DNA of 63,871 bases, counting the filler, from Sphacelaria rigidula (Eukaryota), in the NCBI GenBank assembly GCA_964200075.2. It is 6 parts of 6 records of this genome, joined end to end, with 100 filler letters (N's around TTAATTAATTAA, not from the genome) between each part and the next. Parts side by side here need not be neighbours in the genome. Positions count along the whole stretch, not along the records: positions 21,325 to 31,886 come from CAXNAA020006273.1; positions 31,987 to 42,548 come from CAXNAA020006274.1; 4 more parts are not named here. One strand, written 5' to 3'. Below are positions 24,069 through 36,616 of this stretch, in pieces. The notes beneath the pieces are model-generated. The model searched no databases and was not told the origin of the DNA. It saw only the letters and a program-made list of their open reading frames with translations. Made by a program: the position numbers and the translations under genes. Numbering within the stretch: position 1 is the stretch's first letter; each line of letters opens with the position of its first letter.

Positions 24069-25500
24069 TTACCGACGAAAATGACGCAAATCAACCTCAC
24101 GCTCCCATGTAACACGCATGACTCCTTTCCAATGTGTTTGATACATTACCGCTATCTTACTTCCACGACCGCGAACCAGTTGATGATCCGAAATCCTATC
24201 TACCTCAACGCGTTCCAGGGGTGCATCCACATCCTCGACCGTCATATGATACGGCGGAGGTTTGATCGCATACTTGGTCAACACATACTGGCTAAGCCCC
24301 ACCGGCAGTTGTTTGGGCATGTTCGAAGAGTCATGAGGGGGGATACACGGTTTGTATCGTAGCATCGAGACGCGATTTTTCGGTTTCAAACCAGGTTCAT
24401 CCGTGGGAAAATCTAAAAACAAAAGTTTTGCTCCCACCGGACTCTTGTCGGGTGCGGTAGCGCTTGGACCAACAGCTGAAATTTCCAAAGGACCAGTCCA
24501 ATTCAAGGATAGTTTCGCCTTCAACACTTCATCCAAAGATGATGATTCCGAGCTAGCCCCTTCATTGATGGTCTTCACATCGTTATACACCCATGCCTAC
24601 TGGCCTACCTTCCACACCGGGCGGTTATGCACCACATCATCCAACATTGAGTTCGCCCTGGCCACCTTGGCCAAATTGATTTTGTTCTGTCCTCGTACCA
24701 CTTCATATGCAAGGCGAAGACGACTGCTAACCGACAAATGATACTCTGCAACATCACGATCCAGACTTTGATGTCCACCTGTATTTTTGCGTTCGAATAC
24801 CGTTAAAGGTAACCTAGGTATGCGTCCAATATGAATTTCATTCGACGACAATCCCGTAGCGGCATTGACTGTATTGTGGCAGGTGCAGATCCCAGTCCAT
24901 CTGTCTCTCATTCGCTACAGCAGCAAGCATCTGCGCCATCGCATGGTTCACTCGTTCTGTTCCACCATTGGTGGAAGGGTGATATGAACCAGTAAAAATG
25001 CGATGGGCACCCAAAAGGTCACTGACGGCGGCTGAAAGTTTGCCTGAAAAATGCGGGCCGTTGTCAGATAGTAAGCGTTTGGGCACACCCCACAGTGCGA
25101 TGTACATATAGACAAGAATGTTGGCGGTACCTTCCGCGGTATAACTACTGGGGGGAACGGCGTGCATCACCGCATGTCGACTAAATCTATCCGTAAACAA
25201 CAAAATATACGTATTCCCACTATCCGCCAGGGGTAAAGGACCAAAATCGTCCCACGAAACTACTTCACCAGGCCCGTTTGGGAGTGGCATGGAAACAATC
25301 GGTCAACGAACTGTTTGACGAGAAGTGTTTCGCGCGTGACACAAAAGACAACGCCTCACCCACCAATGACAACACTGATCCATACAAATCCACCAACGAA
25401 AACTTTCCAACATCTGGGAGGTCCTAATGGCGCCTAAATGAGTCGATTCCTGTGAATGACAGTCGTGTAGAACCCATGGGCGCAGGAGCATCGGGACATA
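24069..25500 (-). pseudogene. Gypsy integrase with GPY/F-like motif and C-terminal chromodomain
   Basis: HHCC finger (CHSQESTHLG...CLLC). Core motifs SWDDFGPLP, TDRFSR, LSDNGPHF and YHPSTNGGTERVN. WTGPLEI. Chromodomain VEVDRISDH...YQTHWKG...TWEREVDL. Confidence 0.95.
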
Positions 25501-26549
25501 GATGCGGATGGGTTCATCACCTAGCAAGCGGGCATGTCGACTTGTAGGCTTCCCCCTGGGGAGGGCTGCTGTTGGCCGGCGAACTAAAAGAACTATACCA
25601 TCATCATCCGTATGTAGCATACCTTTCCTTGAAAGTTCAGTAACTTCATCCTGTGTGGGCGCTACGAGATTCCCGATTGGCAAGAGGAATTCGGTTTCTG
25701 AGAATGGACATGGGCAACCTTTAGATATATAACGGATAACTGATTTACAAGCAGGTTCCGCCTGTTGTTCCCGGGCCCAATCGGCGTGGGAGAAGAGAGT
25801 CAAACGTTCCTTGAATACACCATCTGTTGAAGCGTCGACTTCGTGTGGGGTCGGTTCGGGGCGGGGTTGGTACGAAGCGGTGATTTCGGAATCAAGGGTG
25901 AGCCTACCATTTGGTGTACTCTTAGACAGAACGTTAACGTTTACTCCTGCGTCGATTAGAGTGGAGGGTGTTGTGGTGGTGTTTGCACTATCATGACCAA
26001 GGGAGATAGGTACAGCCGTGGTTTCGACTATGGTTGGTAGGAGCGGCACGGTCGGGGTCGATTTTCTCGGGGCCTTGCGTCGCGGGGGCTGCGGGGGCGC
26101 AAGGAAACTATCGGGGACCGGGGTGGGGGCAGGGAGGGGAAGGTCAGGACCAGATACGGTTAATTTGGTGGCCGTTTCGGCGGTTCGCCGTCCACGAGTC
26201 CTACTCGAAATCAAATCTCGAACTTCAACTGGTAAGACGAAGTCAGCAAAGTACGGTTCTACACCTGCTGCGAAAACCATGCGCTGGCCAGTTGCACGAA
26301 AATGATCATAGCCAACAGTATTCGTAGACAGTTCATTCCAAACTGAGTACAACAATTGAGGTTGCAAGCTACCTAGGACTGATTCGTGGGCTGTGGTCGT
26401 CAGCCCACCCATGCCTAAAGCCGGTGTTTCTCTCAGTGAAAGTGATGCGCAGAGACCTCTATGTCCATTCCTGCTTATGAAATATACAATGTCTTCGGTG
26501 AGATCGGTGATACGTCCCACGGGGGATTCATCGATAGGTTGAGCTGGCG

Positions 26550-27900
26550 TGGGCAAGCGTGACAGAAAGTCGGCGTTTGCATTCTGGGAACCTGTGCGGT
26601 ACTCCAGTTGAAAGTTGTACGACGACAGGATTTCGGACCAGCGTTGGACCCTAGCGTTGTTTTCCGCCATTTTGGCAAGGCATTCCAAAGACTTGTGATC
26701 GGTATAATTAAAAACGGGATATCATACAAATACTGACGCAGACATCGTACGCCCTAAACAACTGCGCCGGCTTCTTGTTCCATGACAGACCAATTCTGTT
26801 CATTCGGACAAGTGGTGCGACTCAGATAGACGATGGGACGAACAGTAGCATCGACTTGCTCCTGTTCTAATGTGCAGCCAAACCCAATTTTGGAAGAATC
26901 TGTGTGGAGCCGGAAAGGGCGGGAACCCTGCTCCGCGGCCGGCCAGTCGGGGAAGACGAGAATCAGCGGGCGCGAAAGGGTGTCAAGGAGGCGGCCGACG
27001 ATTTTTTCCATTTCCAATGTGAACACGATTTTCATCCCTTTTTTGAGGAGGGTGGTGAGGGGTTCGAGCTTTTGGGCAGGGTTTGGCAAGTATTGTCTGT
27101 AGTAGCTTAGACCTCCCAACAAGGAACGCAGTTGAGAAATGTCCCGTGGCATGGGCATATCGGAGAGTGCGGCGACCTTGTCGAGGTTTGGGTACGACTT
27201 TCGGGGGTGATGCAATGACCCAAGAACTCAATCTTCGTGGCCCCAACGCGGGATTTGGAGGGTGCGAGTTTCAAGTTGTGTTGTTCAAACCGATTGAAGA
27301 TTGATATCAACTGTTCGACGTGTTCAGCCGGTATGGAATCGTAGCATTCGGCATCATCAAGGTACATATAGCATTTGGGCAATCCATCAGTTACACGGAA
27401 CATCACACGTTGAAACGCACCTGGAGCTCCGGCGGCACCTTGTGGTGTAACCAATCACTCGTACAAACCTGATGGCGTGCAAAACGCTGTCAGTTCAATG
27501 GAAATTGGATTCATCACGAGCTGGTAGTAGCCGGACTGCGTCTCAAAGTTCGAAAATACTTCACCCCCGCCAAGAGAGTCAATAACTTCATCAATTCGTG
27601 GAAGTGGCAGCCGGGCGATTTTGGCGACAGCGTTCAATCGTTGATAGTTGACCGTCTGTCTGATTTTGCCATTCTTCTCACGGACGACTACTGAAGGTGA
27701 GGCCCACGGGGACGTCGAGTGCCGAATTAAACCAGCGGATAAGTAACCATCGAGAATTACCTGGATCTTATCCGCTAAGACGGGGTTCGTACGGTACGGA
27801 CGCATAGCGATAGGCGTAGTGCCATCAGGAATCTTGATCTTAAACGGTGTCGTGGTACATCGACCTAAATCCAAGGGTGCAGTAGAAACCCGTTCAGAGT
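26550..27900 (-). pseudogene. Gypsy reverse transcriptase and RNase H remnant
   Basis: RPYR...SPWASP...PLPRIDE...SGYYQL...TAFCTPSGLYE*...YMYLDD...IEFLGH. RNase H motifs FRLHTDSS...PIVYLSR...EAGAVV and QRWSEILSSYNFQLEYRTGSQNANADFLSR. Confidence 0.97.
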
Positions 27901-28559
27901 ATCTAATCAAGATGGATCTCAATCTATCGATTAAAGTGCGTGTCCAACCATCGCCAGATAGATTAAAAACAATATGCCGTAAGTGAGGGGGAATGTCATC
28001 CCACAACTTTTGAAAACTGGCTCGTTGTTCTAGAGAAAATCTATCCAGTAATGCAGTTGGGGGTTGAGAGTCAGGCGCATCCGTTGGATTTGTCACCACG
28101 ATAGGGTCAGGCATGTGTAGCGGAGGGGGGGCCGTGAATTTTGGGGGATCAGTCGGCGAGTTGTTGTTCGCCGGGGGGCACACATCTGACAGGGCGGTTC
28201 GTATGAGAGGCGCTTGCATAACCCAACAACTGACCGTTGAGTATATCGAAACATGCCGGGAACGTGAGGTAAATGGTCTGCCTACCTTCGTGGACAAAGA
28301 CTTCGGTCTGTTCAAACGGACCAACCTGTGCTTGGTCAGGTTTGAGCAATTCGACCAAATAATGTCCTGTGAGGGCGGGCGATCCATTGCGTCTCATGAG
28401 GTTCACTTTAACAAGTTGGGGTTCATGAGAAAGCGAGACTACAGGTTCACCAACATAGTACAGGCGGAAAGCGTTACCTGTTTGCGTGGGTTCATCCTCA
28501 TAAGCATGAGCTCCCGAATCAGTGTCGAAGTGACCCAGTGACAGTTTGCCTGTGACTGG

Positions 28560-28920
28560 ACGGTTCGGGACAGGTGTGTCCATCGTGTACGTGTGTGTGG
28601 AAAAACGAAGCCAACTATCTCGACCCAACAAAACGTCAAAAGACATGGAACCATTGGGCACTATTAGTGCCCATACGGACAACCGAGCATTGGGAGCAGT
28701 ATCCTGGTAGAATTGTACACTTAGTCTCACCGATTGATTGACCGTAAGAGATTTTGAGAACCAAACCCACCAAAAACTCGAGGGGCAAGGTGAACAGACA
28801 ATGCTCGTCCGCCGCACCCGCGTTGATCTTTTGTTGCCAGCAGCTGGCTGTAATGAACGTTTGAGGTGAACCAGAGTCTGGTAGTGCAAGAGCTATCAAA
28901 TGATAGTTTGCACGCGCTCC
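28560..28920 (-). pseudogene. Gypsy aspartic protease remnant
   Basis: ALALPDSGSPQTFI (D-S-G motif) and, after a frameshift, FDVLLGRD. Confidence 0.8.
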
Positions 28921-31819
28921 ACTATGAAAACCTATCTTGGTCGTAAAAGAAGCATCATCAATAGTTGCAGTACCACTGACGAGATCGGGCCCGAATTCGG
29001 GTAAGACATCTGACACATCCTGCTTTGCGTATTTAACGACGGTGCTAAAATACACCTGTTGATGATCCTGTGGGACAAGCTTTTGGTCGGAAGGATGGTG
29101 CATGCATGGAGTGTCAGTGTTTGTGCCTGGAATATTTGTTTCATCAGTTGAGGGTTGAATATCATATACTGCAACGGAGGGGCGATGCCGGGGAAGGGCA
29201 GTTGTCGTGGTTGGATCCGACGACTGATCTGTACGTGGTGTTTCACCCTTATTGGCCAGCAGAGGGGGCGAATCGTCACTGTGCAAAGCGGAATCAATTA
29301 CATTATCCAGCTTGGTTGGAACAGGGAAGAGTCATCGGGGCGTGGTGTTGAGTTTGACATGCCAATCAACTTAATACCATCACTAGTTAGGGCCAACATG
29401 GGAAGTTTTGGTGACGATTCGTCTGGACGCGAGGTTGGTAAAGCTGTACTGTTCAACCCGGCGTCTATTCAAGAGGCCAACGTGGTCGAGTTAGGAGACG
29501 AGTCGTCTTGCGTAACACTTTGTTTGCCTGGTGACGAACACACGATTAAGGTGCCTTCATGACTAGGATGCGAACGTCCATGAGTCGGCGAAGTCTCTGT
29601 CCCTACAGACGGCAACGCTTCATCGGAAATGGGGTCTAACGTAGTCCACGCGGGGTGGTCAGGGAGCAGTAACGATCTGTTCGAAATCTGGGGAGTACCG
29701 GCCCGTTCCACTCTAAGGTTTTCATCTGTCAGAACCCACACGCAATCTCCTTGGAGTTCACGTGCGCTTGCTACATCAGGGTTATCTACATGGTCATCTG
29801 GAGGAGCCCGCCTCTGGTGACGCGTGTAGCGCACGAAAGGGTCGGCGGCGCCAGGAGCTATTGAAATTAGTTCTTGGACAGTCGAACCTAGGTCAAGCTC
29901 TTGGCGCACCACCTGAGTCGCTGTCACTTGGGGTTCCATTCCAACCCGCTGAGCGACGGAAAACATGGGTTCTTTGCGGTTGCGACCCTTCAAGGCATAA
30001 TTACGCTCATCAAATAAAAGGGAACCGGGCACCGTAGATTTTGCGGAACGCGGTAGGGTGGTTAGCCGGGCACTTGAGCAGTTGAGGAGTGCTTGAGTGT
30101 GTGGCTTTGAATATGGTGTTTTCCGATGAACAGTCGAAGCAGCAGTGTCTACCGTACCAGAAGATATTTCGGCTCCTGATGCGTGAGAAACTGCACTACA
30201 TGATTTCCTCTCCTATGAAGGGAGGGGATTCGATTGAATATGAGTAGTACCTGGTAAATGTAAAACTGGGTGATCAAATCCTGGGTTAAAACGTCGGGTT
30301 TGATCACTGCTCAATTGATAGTCATGCAGCGGTGCACGGGCTTCGACTATCTTGGAACCCTTCAAGTCAGTGTTAGCATATCCAGGGAACCCACACCACA
30401 TGATTGAACCCGCGGTGGCCGCCGTTGAGTCACGTGTGTGATGTTTGTGACCTGGCCGAGCGAAAAAAGAAGTGTTGACATAATATTGTTGGATACTTCT
30501 GCGGTGAATTACCGGTGATTGTTTATTTCTGATTGTGGGATTGTACCAACTGATGAGAAATGAACTACAGAATTAGAAAATAAACAAACAGGTGACGGCG
30601 CGTAGGTTTTCGACTAAGCAACGCATCCTGGGTTACTCCACTGAATGGTATTTGAAATCTCCAGAACTAGTAGAACGTTCCCAAAAGGTTGTCAAGTTGT
30701 GAGGTGAGCATCAGTGTTGTGTGGGTACCTCCCTGGTGGGGTGCGGAGGTCATCGTCAGGAAAGGTTTTTGTAGCATTAGGGCTCACGTGCAGAGATGCC
30801 ATCTGAGAATGAAGATTGGGAACACCGTCAGCGGTTTGAGTGACCGGTTGGTGTACAGGGGAATGGGCACCAACGGGGCTAGGTTAAGCATGTGGAGGAG
30901 GATTGTCTTCATCCACACTCACGTCCCTGAAAATACGTCCTGCAACAACGCCGTCATCAACATCGAAACGTTCCGGTTCGTTGTTGCCAACCGTCCCACC
31001 ACGCATGATTTAGGTTGACTGTACGGTTGTTTTATCATTGCCTGTAGGGAGCGCACCGTCCTTCGTGACATCGTGCTCCGATGAAGTCAAAGGGCGGTTG
31101 ATATTAGAAATGGCTTGTACGCGTGCGCAATTGCGCCAGATCGTTAACGTAGAGATGCGGGGGTTGAAAAATGAACATTTCGTCGTGGGAGGCAGCATAG
31201 TTGTTGAGGACTGAGGCGCAGTGAACAAAAATAAAAGGAATAGAGTAGGAGGGTACTCTCGACAGTTTTCGTTCGACATGGAGGTCCGCGCACTCCGCAC
31301 ATGTAGCGGTCTTTTACCTTTTTAATCAGGTGCAGACGAAAGGAAAAGAAAAAATGTCGAAGGCACACAACAAACCGTATGTGTTTGTGTGTTGGTGGAC
31401 AAAGTGTAGCAGCAAAGAGACAAGGAAGAAAACGAAAGTTGTCACAACCAATAGACATACAGTGACTGTCATCAGCGCAACAGCGCATTGGACAAACCTG
31501 CATGCCATGAAGGGATATATGTGTGGGACGCAGCGAACCGCAACGTCAAACCACTCAGTTCTGTTGTGAGATCATGTTGAGGTTGAGAGAAAAAAACACA
31601 CCTTTCGGATGCTGTATCGTATTTCCAGAGGCAGTATCAGCGCAGCTGGCGATACTCATATAATAGCACCGCCTAGTTCACTGAAAATAGCCGAGTTGGG
31701 GTCTTGGTGACGTACATCGTACAGGTAGACAATTAAAAGATAGACACGTACAATCGCAATATAGATATGTAGTGCAGTACAAACAGCAACGCACAAAGTA
31801 CCGAACAGCAAATAACAAC

Positions 31820-31886
31820 AAATTGTGAGAATTGAGGTTTAATTTCGAGATGAGGCTCAAGCCTAAAACAGTGCTTTCCCCACACT
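31820..31886 (+). repeat. Left terminus of the 52428-family palindromic MITE, truncated by the contig end
   Basis: GATGAGGCTCAAGCCTAAAACAGTGCTTTCCCCACA resembles AATGAGGTTCAAGCCCAAAACCATGCTTCCCCCACA at ~52463. Confidence 0.65.
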
Positions 31887-31986
31887 NNNNNNNNNNNNNN
31901 NNNNNNNNNNNNNNNNNNNNNNNNNNNNNNTTAATTAATTAANNNNNNNNNNNNNNNNNNNNNNNNNNNNNNNNNNNNNNNNNNNN
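31887..31986. other. Artificial contig spacer
   Basis: N44-TTAATTAATTAA-N44. Confidence 0.99.
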
Positions 31987-34900
31987 ATGTGTTGCTTGCC
32001 TTAGTCGTCTGACCATTGACCACGCATCCCTTTCGAGACGGAGCACATGGGGGAGGGGGGGGGGGGCTATCGTAGAAAGTGTCCCCTCCCGAAGGATAAT
32101 TTATCGAAAAATTTCATGATTTTTTTTCGTTGACATTGTTGATAGATATCGAAATGTGCAAACACTGACAAAAACCGACGAGGCTGGCGGGCTTTGCGAG
32201 GCTCGTATATTTGCTTTTGCTCCTTATTGCCCGCCCTGTCCCGATGACCTCAAATGCCGGCAACGCTCAAACACATCCATGTACGATACACGAGCGCACG
32301 TTAGCGACAGCATGTGGCCAAAGTAAAAACATGATCTCACGCTTCGCCAAATTTGCCCGGACAAGTGGTGGGTAGTCTAGGCGGCACACGATACGGAACA
32401 TGATCCCATAAATGTAATCATGGTAGGTGATGAGCTTGGAGGGGCGGTGTGTCCGTCATCTCGACGGTCTCCATGCCAAGGATCTCTGTACACGGTAGCT
32501 GATCGCATCCGCCAACGCCTCGGCAATAATCTAGGAGAAAGCAAGCTGGATGTTCCCCTCCGCCCTCCTCAAAAACTCGAATTTTCGATCTCGGGGTCTG
32601 CGTGTCCCGAAATTTTGACCGACCCTTGGGCCCACCCAATTCGAGGTTACTGCGACGTGCCGTAACTGGCGCACGACTATTATAGTAGCATTTGTATCAC
32701 CGCTGGCCGCTCAGACGCTGTGCATTGTTGCGAGGCTACGATGAGGGTAGAGAGAAACTTCCACATAATAGTGAAGTGCATGCACTGCACGACGGGAGTG
32801 CAGCAGTACAGTACAGTAACCACAGCGTGAATACAGTCGATCGCTGCAGCACAGGCAGTGCGGCAAGCAGAGCGAACGATGCCAGAGGGATAGCCACCTG
32901 GGAAGTAGGGATACAGCAAGTAAGTGGGCAACAGCAAAGTACTTGGCGGAGGGTGTTGACATGGTCACAACATATGGACATTTAAGATTACGGTATCAAT
33001 AATGAAAAAGTGTTCAGTGTGATACGACGGACCGTTTCAGCATGATATCGGTGATCAATCTCATACGAGAGAGCAACAAATGAGGATCAATCAACCTGCA
33101 AACAAGTGAGGAAAAGCTTCCTGTATGACCGATAGCCACGTATACCTACCGCATGAAACCGGAAGGAAAAATCGTCATTCCAGTGTGTCAGATACGCATT
33201 TGATATAACATTGAGGGTTATACACGCCTTTGACTGGCGTCGCGAACTGCTCGTGTTTGTTATTGACGAGTGCACCTTCTTGGACTCTGTGTGGTCTTCT
33301 TTCTCATTTGGACATGATTAAAACTTGTAATTTTCCCACCGGCGGGAGGTGGAGGGGTATCTGACATTCCAGTCTAGGACCTCAGGAAGGATAAACAAAA
33401 GTAGGCTACAGCGGAAACATCGTGTGCCCGGTGTCATATATTGGAGGATCGAGTGCGACGTATGTATGCCACGTAACCCATACGTATCACAGGTGTCTTC
33501 GCCAAGAATTTCGTACACAACCATATGATTCGGATCTATGCGATACACAGAATGGAGATTCGTCCCCCAAACGTTTACAGAATAGTGTAAGGGGAAGGTG
33601 CAGTTGTACATTTGATGATGAGGATTCGCAATGATGCTCCCGGACAAGTGCTGGTGATGAAGAATGAGTATCGTGCGTAACCACTGGATCATACCGGTTC
33701 ATCTGCCAGGGTCGAACCAAAATCGATCGCCTGAGCAACTGATGATGGTGGAAAACCAGTATCATGTGCAAATGACTGGGTCACATTCACTCATTTGCCG
33801 GGGTCGAAGTAGACACGGCGTTCCCGAACGAGTGTCGATGATTTACGACGATTACCACATGAAAAATAACTAGGTAATATATTTTCATCTCTCAGGGTCG
33901 AATGATTGACGATGTCCCCGAAAGATAACCGGTGGTTCTCGGCGATTATCATGTGAACATGACCGGGTAAACTATTTTCCCCCGCAAGGCGCGAATCTTG
34001 GGTCATGTTCCTTTCATCTGCCAGGCGCTCACTGAAAATGGTGGTTATACATGAACGCTGGTGGTGGACCAAGATCGAAATATGTAAAACGCAGGGAAAT
34101 GGGCACGTTCGTAGATGCGTTGAAGGGTCACGACAATTCGACAATGCCTCTAGAAAGCGTACAACAACCCGAACCCGAGAACGACAACCACTACGTCCAC
34201 CCACTCACGGCCACCATGTGACCACCCACACTACGTCTCACCCACAGCAAGCACACACCGACAGCGATGGAGGGCACTGCCTCCCAGCGGCCATCTCCCC
34301 CCGCCACTGCAACGCTTCCTATCAAGCATTTCCCTGCTCAAGTACCGCACGCAAGGAGACTACATCAACCCGCCCGAAGCGGTCGAACACTCGCATCAAG
34401 GGACAGTCGCAAAAGCACCGTCCGCAGATCCAGATGTCAAATGCGCAGACCGTAGCAGCCCCTCCCTTTCTGTGGTGCATACTATTTTGAACGATTCTAG
34501 TAACTGTTTACTTAGTAGTGGCCCCGTTGCGTACCTCGTGAATGGCTCGTAGAGAGTAAGTCAAGACCTCTAGTATCATGTTGGGTAGCGTACGGACGTA
34601 CATAGTCACGAGGGAACTGTCTTGCTCGTGGGGGTTAGGATTGACGCCGCTAATTCCGAGGCATTGAGACAAACCAGCGCACTTTCGCATGCAGTCGGAG
34701 TCATGGTTCTTCCCGTGTGGACCATCGAGCCCGACATACATCCCGCTCGAGCAACCCGTGTGGCGGTGGGGGCGACGCCGGCCGTCACAGGTATGCGTGT
34801 GGCCATCTTTGGCCGTGTCGTGGAATTTTATTCCGTAGCCTGCGACCTTGAAGTCCTGCCCGGCGCTGTCATGCGGAAGAACGTTCGGGGCCAGCGCTAT

Positions 34901-35339
34901 TTGTAGAGACTTGACCGAGGCAACATTTCGGCTGGAGCCGATACCACTGCGTACGGCGCGCTCTGAAACATGGCGAGGGACGAGCACGGACGAGTAGATG
35001 GCGGTTGAACCCGCAGACAACACTGACCTTTAGTGCGTTTCGCGCTTTTCGATGCATGATCGTGAAGCAGTATAGTAGACGACTACCTCGTGTGGACTAC
35101 ACCGGAAAACGGGGGTACATCAGCTCGCAAATTGCGAAATATCAGCGTGCGCGTGTCGCAGCGCGCATGGGAAATCTATGACTGCGGGACTTTATGCTAC
35201 GAGCACGCACGGCAGACTGACTCACCGGCTCTCATCCGTTCTTCCGGCCGGTAGGGAGCAGGCCCTCCACAACGAACCAGACCTTGGCCTGCGCGACGCA
35301 TAGGCTCACGCTTGACAATCTTGACGAACAGAAACTGAG

Positions 35340-35880
35340 TAAGTAGCTCGTGGTGAGAAGCATAATTCTCGAGCAAACGAGCCATCGCTCGTGGTGGAAA
35401 AAATGAAAAGCTCGAGCAGTCGAGTCATCACTCGTGGTGAAGAAAGAGATGACTCCAGCCCACGAGTCACCGCTCGTGGTTCAAAAGAATACATGTCCTG
35501 AGGAAACTAGTCATTGCTCGTGGTTCAAAAAGGAATAGCTCGAGCACTCGAGTCATTGCTCGCGGGGGAAAAGTCAATTTCTTCGAGTACACGAGTCATT
35601 GCTCGTGGTGAAAAATATAAGACTCGAGTACACGAGTCAGTGCGCGTGGTTAAAGAAAATAGTAGCTTGAGCAGCCGAGTCATTACTCGTGAAGAAATAG
35701 ATAACCCCAGCCCACTCGTCACCGCTCGTGGTTGGAAAAATGGGTGGGGCAAGCACACGAGTCATTGCTCGTGGTTGAAAAGAACAGTGACTTGAGCACA
35801 CCAGTCTGTGCCCGTGATTGGAAAAGTAAATGACTCGAGTATATGAGCCAGTGCTCATGGTTGAAAATTCTCGTGGTTGA
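35340..35880 (+). repeat. Minisatellite, ~13 units of ~42 bp with a hairpin core
   Basis: Consensus CTCGAGCACACGAGTCATTGCTCGTGGTTGAAAAA(N~8). CTCGTG-like cores recur at 39-45-bp intervals from 35347 to 35854. Confidence 0.92.
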
Positions 35881-35905
35881 TTAAGTAAGATCCACTTTTA
35901 TCAAT

Positions 35906-36315
35906 GGGTTTTCGAAAATGGGATAAGAAAAAAATGAGGTTTAACTCAAAAGCCGTGCTTTTCCTGACCTGAATTCATGACAAATTACTCTCATATGGAC
36001 GGCCTCATGCCTCCCGACCTCCCTAAAACTATTTGGGGGAGTTTCTAGTCTTCCGTTCTCCCAAAGGATATGTGCGAAAGCACACTTATGCCTTGATTCC
36101 GGGGTGAAAAAAGGACGTTTTTTGTCCCGACAATCGTGCTTTCGCACATACCCTTCGGGGAAACGGAAGGCTAGAAATCCCCCGAAATAGTTTTAGGCAG
36201 GTCGGGAGGGATGGGGTCGTCCATATGAAAGTCATTTGTCGTAAATTTAGGTCAGGGGAAGCACGGCTTTTGAGTTGAACCTCATTTCTTGTTTCAACCC
36301 CATTTTTTAGAATCC
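35906..36315. mobile_element. Palindromic MITE (~410 bp)
   Basis: Arms AAATGAGGTTTAACTCAAAAGCCGTGCTT...GTGCGAAAGCAC / GTGCTTTCGCAC...AAGCACGGCTTTTGAGTTGAACCTCATTT. Terminal motif is shared with 52428-52828. Confidence 0.85.
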
Positions 36316-36466
36316 ACTGTTTTTCCTTGCTTCATGGCCTAGCGAGGTCCCACACAAAATTCCAACATACAAGTACCAAACCTGGGTCGGTAAGTGGCCC
36401 GCGATGTACTGTTCCGAATTTCGATCGGCCCATCTGCAGCGCAATTGTTTTAGTTGGACAAAAAAT

Positions 36467-36616
36467 AGGCCATGATACAAAAACGCATGCATGGACCCAA
36501 AGCTTTGTTTTTCTTTCATAGTTCAAGACAATAATCAGTTTTCAGGCTCAGTGCAATGCCGTTGACTCATGGAGGAAAAGCTTTGGGCCCATGCATACGT
36601 CTTTTTATTGTGGCCT
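36467..36616. repeat. Degenerate inverted repeat (old MITE core)
   Basis: AGGCCATGATAC...ATGCATGGACCCAAAGCTTT / AAAGCTTTGGGCCCATGCAT...TGTGGCCT. Confidence 0.6.

Larger units (their letters stand above)
23616..31000 (-). mobile_element. Decayed Ty3/Gypsy (chromovirus-like) LTR retrotransposon internal region
   Basis: Domain order PR-RT-RH-IN-chromodomain on the minus strand, with many stops and frameshifts. The 5' boundary is approximate and no LTR pair could be identified. Confidence 0.95.

Noticed and set aside
24069-27457. RIP-like or APOBEC-like hypermutation, because stops fall at Trp and Gln codons
   Set aside because: Trp and Gln codons are one transition from a stop, so this is expected under neutral decay. 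A bias cannot be shown without a family consensus.
35340-35880. CRISPR array
   Set aside because: The linkers are short, A-rich and mutually related, the repeats are degenerate, a 6-unit duplication is visible, there are no cas genes and the context is eukaryotic.
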